From a candidate division WWE3 bacterium (lineage in GTDB: Bacteria; Patescibacteriota; WWE3; UBA101185; UBA10185), in NCBI GenBank assembly GCA_014729135.1, contig WJKK01000001.1, positions 593 through 64,592 of the forward strand: a stretch of DNA of 64,000 nt, written 5' to 3'. The number at the start of each line of letters is the position of its first letter. Position 1 is the stretch's first letter. Of the stretch, positions 48,024 to 57,094 are shown piece after piece. The translations under genes and the position numbers were made by a program. The notes below the pieces were generated by a model that made no database searches, was not told where the DNA came from, and was given only the letters and a program-made list of their open reading frames with translations.

Positions 48024-48115
48024 CGTTTTTACCTCACTTTCGATTCACTTTTGATTATTAACAAGCTAAGAGGCGGAGTGACCGCTGGGATACACCCCGC
48101 CTCAAGATTTGCACT

Positions 48116-49510
48116 CTACAGCGTCCCCGTCGTCATGACGAGGAGAACGAGTCCGACCAGAGAGGCCCCCAACACATCCCAGGGCTGCGGGAGCTGCGCT
48201 CCCATAAACCACTCAAACTTCATAAGGGGCGACTTCCAGTAAGGGGATGACTTACTCCCCCCTCCGAGAGACACGACCATGAGTCCCATGAAGATAGTGA
48301 AAACGAACCAGAAGGTTCGCCACGCAAGACCCAGGCCAAGAAACCGGAGCAAGAAGAATACCAGGCCAGCGCCGAAAACAACAAAGATAGAGAGAGCGTC
48401 CTTTCGACGCCACATATCGCTCAAGTAGAGGAGGAAGCTGAGGAGGAAACAGAAGTAGATCACCAGGGAAAAGATAGCCCCCTCAGGAGTCTCCCCCATC
48501 AAGACGGCGTAGGCGGCCTCACCAACCAGCACGGGTTGACGAGCATCTACGGTAAGTCCTAGAGTCTGAGACCATAAACCCAGGATTCCGTAGATCAGCC
48601 CGACAATCCCGTGCAGCTGAAAGTACCAGCTCCAGGGAGACAGGTCGAACTGCGGAAAAACGGAGACGAGAACCATGATGATGAGGTTGAGGAGAATCCA
48701 CCAAAGCGCCGAAACATTCCCTTGAAACAGGAAATTATCGACGGCCCCCGCCCGAAAGACAAACAGGTTGAAACCGGTCAAGATGACTGGCACCAGGATG
48801 TCTTGGGCCCACTCACCGCGAGCGTTAGCCTCGAGCGAGGACGAAACAACAAGGATCAGCAGTATGACAAAGAGAGCTACATGGAGAGGCTCCAGGGAAG
48901 CCAGGCGAATGGAGATCAAGCGCCCCTGCAACTCAAGATAGACGCCGGTGCCCTCGAAACTGGGAAGCTCGGGAATGACACCGTTGTTTACGGCCACCCG
49001 AACCCCGATGAGAGCTACTGCGACAGTGATGAGTATGATAAGGGTGCCGACGAAGGGAGCAGCGGTTAGGAAGTCTCCTGCCTTACTGCCCTTCTTCTTG
49101 TCACCATCTTTCTTGCCCTTCTCGCCTCCTTCCTTACCTTTGTCACCGTCCTTTTTGGGCTTTTCCTCTTTGGGCTCATTTTGCCCTTTGGATCCGCCAT
49201 TGCCACCGTTCCCCTTCTCCTCCTCTTCCTTATTCACTTCCTCCTCCTCAGAGGCAACGGCCGCGGGTGCAGCTGAGGGCTGCGGCGCCGGAGGCGCAGC
49301 AGTGGATGCATGAGCCTTCTCATAAGCCTCCTGGATACGTCCGGCTACGATTGCAGTATTCCGGGCGCCGTCGAAAAACTTCCGCAATTCTCCCACCCCC
49401 CTGTTATAAACCCAAACTACCTGCTCAGGGGACAGGGCCGCCACAATACCATGCTCATAGAGCTTGGTATGCAGCTCCTCCAGCGTATAATCACTCAACT
49501 TCTTAGCCAT
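48116..49510 (-). CDS. Hypothetical protein: N-terminal soluble domain, K/E/G-rich low-complexity linker, roughly 10-helix membrane domain (island)
   Basis: ORF with GC-rich codon usage and a 'KGKEGGEKGKKDGDKKKG' low-complexity stretch. Confidence 0.55.
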   Translation of the reverse strand: MAKKLSDYTLEELHTKLYEHGIVAALSPEQVVWVYNRGVGELRKFFDGARNTAIVAGRIQEAYEKAHASTAAPPAPQPSAAPAAVASEEEEVNKEEEEKGNGGNGGSKGQNEPKEEKPKKDGDKGKEGGEKGKKDGDKKKGSKAGDFLTAAPFVGTLIILITVAVALIGVRVAVNNGVIPELPSFEGTGVYLELQGRLISIRLASLEPLHVALFVILLILVVSSSLEANARGEWAQDILVPVILTGFNLFVFRAGAVDNFLFQGNVSALWWILLNLIIMVLVSVFPQFDLSPWSWYFQLHGIVGLIYGILGLWSQTLGLTVDARQPVLVGEAAYAVLMGETPEGAIFSLVIYFCFLLSFLLYLSDMWRRKDALSIFVVFGAGLVFFLLRFLGLGLAWRTFWFVFTIFMGLMVVSLGGGSKSSPYWKSPLMKFEWFMGAQLPQPWDVLGASLVGLVLLVMTTGTL

Positions 49511-49922
49511 GATCTTCTCCTTTTTTGGCTATAACGAACACTACTCCACTAAAAACGAATTTTTGAAATTTCAAGGTGCTGGGCAGCACCTTTTTTGAGG
49601 TGCAGGCAATATATCAAAATCTATGGGATAAGTCAATCTAAAGTATGTGTGACAATGATGCGGGTTTTTGGTTTTTATAGGAGTCAAATACACACAGAAC
49701 TTAGCACTCTTATTTTAAATTTTTGAAAGCTATGGGTAGAAATTCTCTATCTCTAATATAAAGCCCAAATCAGATATAGTTGCGGGCATATACGAGAACA
49801 GAATGCCCTGGAGTCTGGACTTCACCCACGCAACTAAAGTTGCGAGCTATAAGTACAAGGGGATATAAAAACCTTCCTCCTAAAACCAGAGCATTTAAAA
49901 AACTAAAAACCCCCGGGGACCC

Positions 49923-51125
49923 CTACCCCTCCTCCACAACAGAACCACCAAAAACCACCCGCCTATTAGGCAAAGTCCGCAAATTATAAGTCTTCACAAC
50001 CTCCTCCGGAGTAAAAACCCGCCGCTCCGGCAACGTAGGCAAAACCTCCGCCAAACGCCACTGCAAAGCCTCCACACCCTCCCCCGTTACTGCTGAAATC
50101 CCCAAAACGTCAACCCCCTCCGCTGCAAACTGCTCCACAATAGCCTCAAACGACTCCTTAACCTCCGTAATATCCAACTTGTTAATCACAACTATTTCCT
50201 TTTTCTGAGCCAATTCCTTGCTGTAGTCGGCCAACTCCGCCCGAATAGTCTTGTAAGCATCCCAAGCAGCGGTTGCTAACTCTTCAGGAGCGCCTATGAC
50301 GGTTTCTGCGCCTTTCTCAAAGTCAATTCCCCCAAAAGGATCTATCACATGCACCAACAAGCGCGTTCTTTCTACGTGGCGCAAAAATTCGTCTCCAAGG
50401 CCTTTGCCTTTACTGGCGCCTTCTATTAATCCGGGGATGTCGGCTATTAGGACGGAGTTTACGGATCCCTTCCCCAAACCGCCCGCCGGCAACTCCAAAA
50501 CCCCCAAATTAGGACTTAAAGTTGTAAACGGATAGCTTGCAGTTTTTGCATTAGATTTAGTTAATTGATTAATTAATGTACTCTTTCCGGCATTGGGGAG
50601 CCCCACCAAGCCAATATCGGCTATCATTTTGATCTCTAAAAGAAGCTCTTTTTCCTCGCCTTTAGTACCTTTTGTAAATTGCCTGGGGGCTTGATTTGTA
50701 GAACTCCTGAATCTCCAATTTCCTTTACCGCCAACGCCTCCCCTACAAATGAGTAAGCTTTGTCCACTTTCTACTAAGTCGCCTACCAAAAGCTCACCAT
50801 CTTTACCTTTTTTTCCATCTTCTCCCCTGCGCGCCTCATAAACCAAAGTCCCAACAGGAACCAAAATCTCCAAATCCTCCCCATCTTTACCGGAGCATTT
50901 CTTTTTACCGCCACGTGCGCCATCGCCTGCTTCATAAAGAGGCTTGGCTCTAAAATCCCGTAAAGTTGCCATATTATGCGTAGCCACAATGTAAACATCT
51001 CCTCCGTCGCCTCCATCGCCTCCATCAGGGCCTCCCTTGGGGATAAATTTGGCGCGTTTAAAGGAAACGTGACCATCTCCGCCATCGCCGGCTTTAACTT
51101 GTATTTTTGCTTTGTCTATTAACAT
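49923..51125 (-). CDS. obg: GTPase Obg/CgtA
   Basis: N-terminal glycine-rich Obg fold 'VKAGDGGDGHVSFKRAKFIPKGGPDGGDGGDGGDV'. G1 motif 'GLVGLPNAGKSTL'. Confidence 0.85.
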   Translation of the reverse strand: MLIDKAKIQVKAGDGGDGHVSFKRAKFIPKGGPDGGDGGDGGDVYIVATHNMATLRDFRAKPLYEAGDGARGGKKKCSGKDGEDLEILVPVGTLVYEARRGEDGKKGKDGELLVGDLVESGQSLLICRGGVGGKGNWRFRSSTNQAPRQFTKGTKGEEKELLLEIKMIADIGLVGLPNAGKSTLINQLTKSNAKTASYPFTTLSPNLGVLELPAGGLGKGSVNSVLIADIPGLIEGASKGKGLGDEFLRHVERTRLLVHVIDPFGGIDFEKGAETVIGAPEELATAAWDAYKTIRAELADYSKELAQKKEIVVINKLDITEVKESFEAIVEQFAAEGVDVLGISAVTGEGVEALQWRLAEVLPTLPERRVFTPEEVVKTYNLRTLPNRRVVFGGSVVEEG

Positions 51126-51577
51126 ATAAATTTAACTGAGGTACTCTTTTGAGAAGAAGCCTCCTTGCGAAAAGCTTTATCAAAAGTAACCAAATAAGCA
51201 ACCTCGTTTTTTTCAGCAATTACAAAATGGAAGGCATCACGAGGATCGAGCTTAATTTCAGTCATCAAATCAAGATATTCTAACATATTCACCATTCCGG
51301 AGGGCAACGGGAGAATTGTAGCTGCGCTAAGAACTATAAATGTAGACAATAAAACGGCTATGCTTTCGCGGGAGTGCTTGTATGTACGTAGAAGGACGTA
51401 GTAGACCTCATCAAGTGTTAAGGCGCTTAAGATTAGTTCAGCCTGTTTTTTACAAAAAGTTGCGTAGAGCTTTTTTGCCCTTTTATGATCGGGATGAGGC
51501 TTAACAAGATAAGCTATTATTACATTGGAGTCAAAGTAGACGGTTGAATTTTCCTTTATTAAAGGTTCTTGATTCAT
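51119..51577 (-). CDS. PIN-domain (VapC-like) toxin
   Basis: 'YFDSNVIIAYL...', 'D..HFVIAEKN.VAYLVTFDKAF' PIN acidic residues. Confidence 0.65.
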   Translation of the reverse strand: MNQEPLIKENSTVYFDSNVIIAYLVKPHPDHKRAKKLYATFCKKQAELILSALTLDEVYYVLLRTYKHSRESIAVLLSTFIVLSAATILPLPSGMVNMLEYLDLMTEIKLDPRDAFHFVIAEKNEVAYLVTFDKAFRKEASSQKSTSVKFIC

Positions 51578-51643
51578 CTTTCAGTAATTGATTAAAGGTT
51601 TACAAGCCCACCGGTTAGTGCCTCCAAAGTTTGGATGAATCCG

Positions 51644-51997
51644 TTAGAAATCCATAGAGGTATAACGTGTCCGTTTAATGACTCCTAAAATCTCCTCACG
51701 AGAAAGCTTAGGGCCATATTTAATAAGTCCGGCCATACCTAAAGCACCCGCCATACCCTCCCCTAAATGAAAGGTAACCCATTTTTGTCGGCTTGATTTG
51801 GTCTCCTGTGGAGTTTCCTTTGCGTTAAAATCTGCCGTCACTGCAACCCCTTTAAAATTCGAATTATCCTGCTCTAAATAAGAAGAAGCTGAAGGTGAGT
51901 TGAGACGGGAAACTTCAAGCAGACCTAGCTTCTTAGCTATATCAAAAGGAACTTTTATTGAGAGAGAGTCTTTGATTCTACTAATTTTCACCACCAT
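51644..51997 (-). CDS. AbrB/MazE/SpoVT-like swapped-hairpin DNA-binding protein (candidate antitoxin for the PIN protein)
   Basis: 'VVKISRIKDSLSIKVPFDIAKKLGL' resembles the AbrB/MazE N-terminal fold. 66-bp gap to the PIN gene. Confidence 0.45.
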   Translation of the reverse strand: MVVKISRIKDSLSIKVPFDIAKKLGLLEVSRLNSPSASSYLEQDNSNFKGVAVTADFNAKETPQETKSSRQKWVTFHLGEGMAGALGMAGLIKYGPKLSREEILGVIKRTRYTSMDF

Positions 51998-52150
51998 ATG
52001 GACATTGTAGTATTAAAATTCAATTATTTCAATACCTGTTTGGCTTAATCCGGGAATTTCTTGAAACGCTTTCAAAGCTTCCTGCTAAAAACCACTTACG
52101 CCTTTATTACCGAAAAGCTCCCATTAAAGACTCCCCTTAAAGACTAAAAA

Positions 52151-53230
52151 TTAAACCTCACTAATAACATCAAAACCCTTCAAACTCCCCGTAATAGCAA
52201 GGCCAAAAACCTTCCCTGAAATCATCTCCCGTGCCTGCAACAGCCCCGCAATCTCATTAATTGTAGCCCCCGAGCCCACCGCATCATCAATTATTAAAAC
52301 ATTTTTATAACGAGCCTTCTCCCCTACAGCAAAAGTACTTCGGGCATTTTGGATACGATCCTCCAGCTTACTTAGCGTCTTTTGCGGTATTTGAATTGGC
52401 GTTTTTAGCTTAAACACCGGAATTCTGGGCACGTCCGGAGCCAACTCCTTTTCCAACTCATCCATAAGCTGAACCTCCCTTTTCACTGTAGGAGGAACAA
52501 AAACCACACCATCTATTTGTTTCTCTCGAATAATCTCGTTAACATGCGGATTAATTTCCCGGGCAAGTTCCCGAATAAGCTTCTTATCCTGTCCCTGTTT
52601 GGCATACAACAATTTCTGCCCCAGCTTTGTCTTCCCAAATATCTCAATGCTGTAAAAATCTATGTAATAAAGCGCATCCACGTTAACCTGCTTAAACGTA
52701 CTTTTTAGCTTTGCGGTGCTGTCTATTAGGCCTTTGAATTCGCCGGATTCTTTAATTTTGCGATATTTTTTGATGAGGGAGGCGTATTTTTGCGCCATTT
52801 CCTTGTAGTTGAGGCTTCTTTGGACGCACCAATGAGCAAATCCCTTGGCCCCCTCCAGCACTTCTCCCAAAGGAGTAATTGTCATAAAGTTTTCATCTAT
52901 GATTTTTTGGGTCTGCGTATCTACTTGCGTGTCCAAACTAGCAAGTTTTGCCCCTTCCGGAGAGGATTTTCGCATGGAGGGGCTAGCCACTACTCCACCG
53001 GGTGCGGAAACAGCAGTTTGATAAAAAACAATTGGCGGCTTTCCTATTTTATGCAACTCCCCCGTTTCCAAAAGATCCTTAAGATGCTTAAAAACCGCCC
53101 TCGAACTAATTCCCAAATACTCCGTCAACTCCTTTGGAGAGGCGTTTCTGTTTTTTTCTATATAAGAAAGTATTTGCTGTTTTGTACTTTTTTTGTTTTT
53201 TTGTGGAGTTTGCGAGTGTTCCATGTTCAC
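52151..53230 (-). CDS. PurR-like regulator: N-terminal winged HTH plus C-terminal type-I phosphoribosyltransferase domain
   Basis: 'ILSYIEKNRNASPKELTEYLGISSRAVFKHLKDLLETGEL' HTH. 'VLIIDDAVGSGATINEIAGLL' PRPP-binding motif. Confidence 0.6.
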   Translation of the reverse strand: MNMEHSQTPQKNKKSTKQQILSYIEKNRNASPKELTEYLGISSRAVFKHLKDLLETGELHKIGKPPIVFYQTAVSAPGGVVASPSMRKSSPEGAKLASLDTQVDTQTQKIIDENFMTITPLGEVLEGAKGFAHWCVQRSLNYKEMAQKYASLIKKYRKIKESGEFKGLIDSTAKLKSTFKQVNVDALYYIDFYSIEIFGKTKLGQKLLYAKQGQDKKLIRELAREINPHVNEIIREKQIDGVVFVPPTVKREVQLMDELEKELAPDVPRIPVFKLKTPIQIPQKTLSKLEDRIQNARSTFAVGEKARYKNVLIIDDAVGSGATINEIAGLLQAREMISGKVFGLAITGSLKGFDVISEV

Positions 53231-53322
53231 ATTATACCATGTAGTGTGAACTTACGTGGGATACGGCAAGAAAAGAGCATTTGGATGACATCGAATTTTT
53301 ATCTAACACGACAGCGCACAAA

Positions 53323-54552
53323 CTAGCGCATGTAATTCAACGGATTCTGCGCAACACCGCCATACTTAACCATAAAGTGAACATGCGGACCTGTAGAACG
53401 CCCCGTATTCCCCAGTAAACCAATCATCTGACCACGACTTACACTTTCGCCATAACCCACATCCAGGCGGCTCATATGCCCATAAACCGTTTCGTAGCCA
53501 TTACCATGGTCAATTCTAATATGCAGACCAAGGCCCCAAGGATCCCAACCGGAGCGTGTCACCACTCCCCCCGTACAAGCAAACAAAGGAGGCATTGCCG
53601 TACCTGCAGGGCTGGCGATATCTATTCCATTGTGATACCACGTAAAATACTGCGTAATAATGCGCACAGAAGTTGGCCAAACACAATAAGTAGAGCTTGG
53701 AGTTGGCGCTGGCGTAGGCGTTGTGGTTCCCGGAACTGTCCCCGGAATGGAGGGGGTTACAGGCACAACCGGAGTCGGTACAGAAGCTCCGGGGATGACT
53801 AGCTCTGTGCCTAAAGCCAAAGATGACGTGTCCAAAATGTAGTTGAAATCAGCAACAGCCTGCGGAGGAACGTCATACTTTTGCGCAATTGAGCTTAAAG
53901 TGTCGCCGGATTCTACTGTGTGAATTAAGCCGGAAACAGGTGGAATTGTGATTTCATCCCCTACTGAAAGGATAGAGTTGTCGGTTAAGTTGTTGACGTA
54001 TTTTAAAGCGTCTACTGAAATTTTAAATCGGTTACCTATGGAGGAAAGTGTATCACCTCCTTGAACCGTGTAAGCAAAGGATTCTGCACGTTTTCGGCTG
54101 TCGGGAACTGTAGTTAAAGCGGTGTTTTTTCTGGGAATTATGTCGGTTGTTGAGGCCAAATAGTCGGGGTTTAGCTCTTGGCTGCTGACAAATCTGGTGC
54201 TGTTGAATACTTCGCCAAATGTGAAAACTATGAAAGCTGCTGACATGACAAAGAATGTTGCAATGGGGCGGCCTAGACGTCCTCGAGACCAGATTAGTTT
54301 GGCGGTTAAAAACTCCTTGGAAAGGTTGACTAAACGGATGGATCCGGTGAAAAGACTGAAAAATGCTTTTATCAGCTGATGCATTTTAGCGACAATATAG
54401 GTTCCGCAGGCTTTCGTAAAGAGCTTAAGGGCGTTTAGCATTTTATTAAACTGGTTAGTTCCTTCAGGTGAAAAGCCCTCAAATCTAAGCTGAAAGTAGT
54501 TGGGAGAGTTTGAGGAATCCCTTAAGGAAGCGTTTTTCCTGTAAAAAGGCAT
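53323..54552 (-). CDS. LysM (x2) plus M23-family metallopeptidase
   Basis: 'YTVQGGDTLSSIG...', 'HTVESGDTLSSIAQKY' LysM repeats. 'HNGIDIA', 'YGHMS' and 'GNTGRSTGPHVHF' are M23 zinc-ligand motifs. Confidence 0.8.
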   Translation of the reverse strand: MPFYRKNASLRDSSNSPNYFQLRFEGFSPEGTNQFNKMLNALKLFTKACGTYIVAKMHQLIKAFFSLFTGSIRLVNLSKEFLTAKLIWSRGRLGRPIATFFVMSAAFIVFTFGEVFNSTRFVSSQELNPDYLASTTDIIPRKNTALTTVPDSRKRAESFAYTVQGGDTLSSIGNRFKISVDALKYVNNLTDNSILSVGDEITIPPVSGLIHTVESGDTLSSIAQKYDVPPQAVADFNYILDTSSLALGTELVIPGASVPTPVVPVTPSIPGTVPGTTTPTPAPTPSSTYCVWPTSVRIITQYFTWYHNGIDIASPAGTAMPPLFACTGGVVTRSGWDPWGLGLHIRIDHGNGYETVYGHMSRLDVGYGESVSRGQMIGLLGNTGRSTGPHVHFMVKYGGVAQNPLNYMR

Positions 54553-54672
54553 ATGTTGCAGTAAAGTTCTGCAAGACTCATTTTACCATGCCCCCTCCCA
54601 CATCTCATCCAAAGTTTTTGAAAGCGGTTTCAGAAACGGCGGGGTTAATACGTGCTTTTCCTCAAAGCACGC

Positions 54673-54740
54673 GGCACACGTCGTTAAGAAAAAATTTGAG
54701 CACTGCGAAGCAGTGCGAGCTTTTTTCGTACGACGTGTGC
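54673..54740. repeat. REP-like palindromic element, copy 3 (diverged outer stem, conserved core)
   Basis: GGCACACGTCGT-TAAGAAAAAATTTGAGC-[GCACTGC gaa GCAGTGC]-GAGCTTTTTTCGT-ACGACGTGTGCC, immediately downstream of the rho stop. Confidence 0.7.
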
Positions 54741-54768
54741 CAAGTGCGCTTAAGATTTAAGATTAAGA

Positions 54769-56028
54769 TTAAGCCTTATTCAGCGAACCCAAAAACTCCT
54801 CATTCGTCTTAGTCTTTCGCAACTTATCAAGCACCAACGAAGTCGCCTCACGATCATCCAACAAATCCACCATCCTACGCAACTTCACAACCGACTTCAA
54901 AGTATCCGCATCATACAAATGCTCCTCATGACGCGTACCACTTGCTTTAATGTCAATTGCCGGATAAATTCGGCGCTCCGCTAAACTGCGATCCAAACGA
55001 AGCTCCATGTTACCTGTACCCTTAAACTCCTCAAAAATCACATCGTCCATGCGGGAACCGGTCTCAATTAAGGCCGTAGCTATAATCGTCAAACTGCCAC
55101 CCTTTTCAAAGTTTCTAGCTGCACCAAAAAAGTGTTTAGCCGGATACAAAGAGGAAGGGTCTAAACCACCGGATAAAGTGCGGCCTGAAGGCGAAACCAC
55201 TAAGTTATAAGCACGTGCCAACCGCGTCAAAGAATCCATTAAAATCACAACATCGTCGCCTGCCTCTGCTAAGCGCTTAGCACGCTCCAAGCAGACCTCC
55301 GCAATCTTTGTCTGATGCTCAGCCCTTTGGTCAAAGTTACTGGAAAAAACCTCGCCATCTACACTACGACTAAAGTGAGTAACCTCCTCGGGACGCTCTC
55401 CTATCAGAGCCACCATGAGTTTGACATCAGGGTAGTTTGTGGTTATACCGTTGGCAATATCCTTCAAAATCCAGGTCTTACCTCCTTTGGGAGGGGCCAC
55501 TATCATTGCACGCTGGCCTTTACCTATAGGAGAAACTAAATCCAACACACGAGTAGTTAAAACATCGGGAGTGGTTTCCAGTTTCATCCATTCTTCAGGG
55601 AAAATTGGAGTTAATTTGTCGAATCTGGGACGCTTCCTAGCCTCGCCAGGAGCCATCCCTTCAATTTTTTCTACTTTTAATAGGGACAAATACCTCTCCC
55701 CCTCTTTTGGAGGCCTGGCAAGCCCCGTAATTTCATCTCCCACTCGCAATCTAAACTTTTTTATTTGGGATTGGCTGATGTAAACGTCTTTAGGGAGGTT
55801 TTCGTTTGCTACCTCTCCTTCTTCTTGGCGAATGACGCCGTAATCAGGCAAAATTTCTAAAATCCCTTTTATGGGAACTGTTTTGGAGGTGATTTTTAGT
55901 TCTCCGTTTTCTCTTTTGATATCGGATCCTCTTTGGGAGGTGCCGTTACCATTTTTGTTTTTGGCACCGTTTTTGGAGCCGTTGGCATTGTTTGACATGT
56001 TTTTTATTTTTTCCTTTGGAATGTACAT
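54769..56028 (-). CDS. rho: Transcription termination factor Rho
   Basis: 'VAPPKGGKT' P-loop. 'RLARAYN...SGGLD' and 'GTGNMELRLDRSLAERRIYPAIDI...SGTRHEE' match Rho. Confidence 0.85.
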   Translation of the reverse strand: MYIPKEKIKNMSNNANGSKNGAKNKNGNGTSQRGSDIKRENGELKITSKTVPIKGILEILPDYGVIRQEEGEVANENLPKDVYISQSQIKKFRLRVGDEITGLARPPKEGERYLSLLKVEKIEGMAPGEARKRPRFDKLTPIFPEEWMKLETTPDVLTTRVLDLVSPIGKGQRAMIVAPPKGGKTWILKDIANGITTNYPDVKLMVALIGERPEEVTHFSRSVDGEVFSSNFDQRAEHQTKIAEVCLERAKRLAEAGDDVVILMDSLTRLARAYNLVVSPSGRTLSGGLDPSSLYPAKHFFGAARNFEKGGSLTIIATALIETGSRMDDVIFEEFKGTGNMELRLDRSLAERRIYPAIDIKASGTRHEEHLYDADTLKSVVKLRRMVDLLDDREATSLVLDKLRKTKTNEEFLGSLNKA

Positions 56029-56251
56029 AAGTAATTACTGAAGTCTTAACTTCTAAAGTAGGAAGGTAGCCACTGCCCCGTGCTACCTTCCTGCTTTAAT
56101 AGTTAAAACCAGCCCCACTTTTTGAACTTTTACGTTGTGCTGCTTCCCGTCTAAAATCCGGCTTTATGTTGCACATTTATCATTCGGAAAAGTGGTTTTC
56201 GGTGACTTTCGAAGCTTGCCGTTGTAGTTCTAAAGAATAATTAGGAAAAAT

Positions 56252-57082
56252 CTAAATCCTCTTAGCCTTAACCACAAAACGATTGTTATAAGTCCCCTCA
56301 GCGGGCACCCAAACTCCTCCGCAAGTCACAAGCGTTAAAGAAACCCCCTCCCCCTTCAAAACTCTTTCCACACGATCATCGTCAAAAATACTCACATAGA
56401 AAGTTTCGGTGATTTGATAGGCGAAAGTTCTTCCAAACGAATCAACTAAGTAGACTTTATCATTTACTTTTAGGCTTTTCAAGTTGTAAAAAGCAGCCGG
56501 CAATCCTTGCGCGTTGTCATAGTGCCCGTTAATTACAATGTTGCCTTCCTCGCCTGCTTTGGCGGAGCGCCTGTACCATCCGGCTTTGCTCCACTCTGTA
56601 GGAGTTTGCATTTGCCCGGCGGAGTTTACGTCGACTTTTTCCAGGGCGGCTTCTATTAACTTTTTTTCAGAGACTTTGCCATCGTTGTCGACTTTTTTGG
56701 CATAGATTTTCACAGGATCCTCGTATATGGGAGTTAATTTGCTGCCAAAGGCTGACGGTTTTTCTTCTGTAGAGTCAGCGTCGCTTGTGGATGTTTTGGA
56801 GGCGTTAGCCCCTCCTGTGGAGACGCCTAAAGCGTTAAGTGCTTTTACTCCGGAGGATTTAAGCTGCGCGCCTGCCTCCCCTAGGAGTTGCGCTGTTTTG
56901 CTGCCAAAATCGGATAAATTTAGTTCTATTGAAGGTAATTTTGGCACAGATACAGATGAAAATGTTTTGCTAAGAAGTTTGCTGTTTGTGTTTATTTGAG
57001 TGAAATAGATCAGTACCACACCTACAGCGATGCTTGTGCTTACTAATATTCCGGTTGTCAGATGCAACATTCTTTCTTTCAT
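56252..57082 (-). CDS. Sortase-family transpeptidase (copy 2)
   Basis: N-terminal transmembrane helix. 'LTLVTCGG' TLxTC motif. Confidence 0.75.
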   Translation of the reverse strand: MKERMLHLTTGILVSTSIAVGVVLIYFTQINTNSKLLSKTFSSVSVPKLPSIELNLSDFGSKTAQLLGEAGAQLKSSGVKALNALGVSTGGANASKTSTSDADSTEEKPSAFGSKLTPIYEDPVKIYAKKVDNDGKVSEKKLIEAALEKVDVNSAGQMQTPTEWSKAGWYRRSAKAGEEGNIVINGHYDNAQGLPAAFYNLKSLKVNDKVYLVDSFGRTFAYQITETFYVSIFDDDRVERVLKGEGVSLTLVTCGGVWVPAEGTYNNRFVVKAKRI

Positions 57083-57094
57083 ATCCTATAAAAA

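Noticed and set aside
46022-49506. Plus-strand ORFs (for example 48611..49069 and 48948..49313) inside the GC-rich island
   Set aside because: They are antisense to longer minus-strand genes that have hydrophobic-helix periodicity and recognisable LysM/SLT domains. GC-rich DNA generates long spurious antisense ORFs
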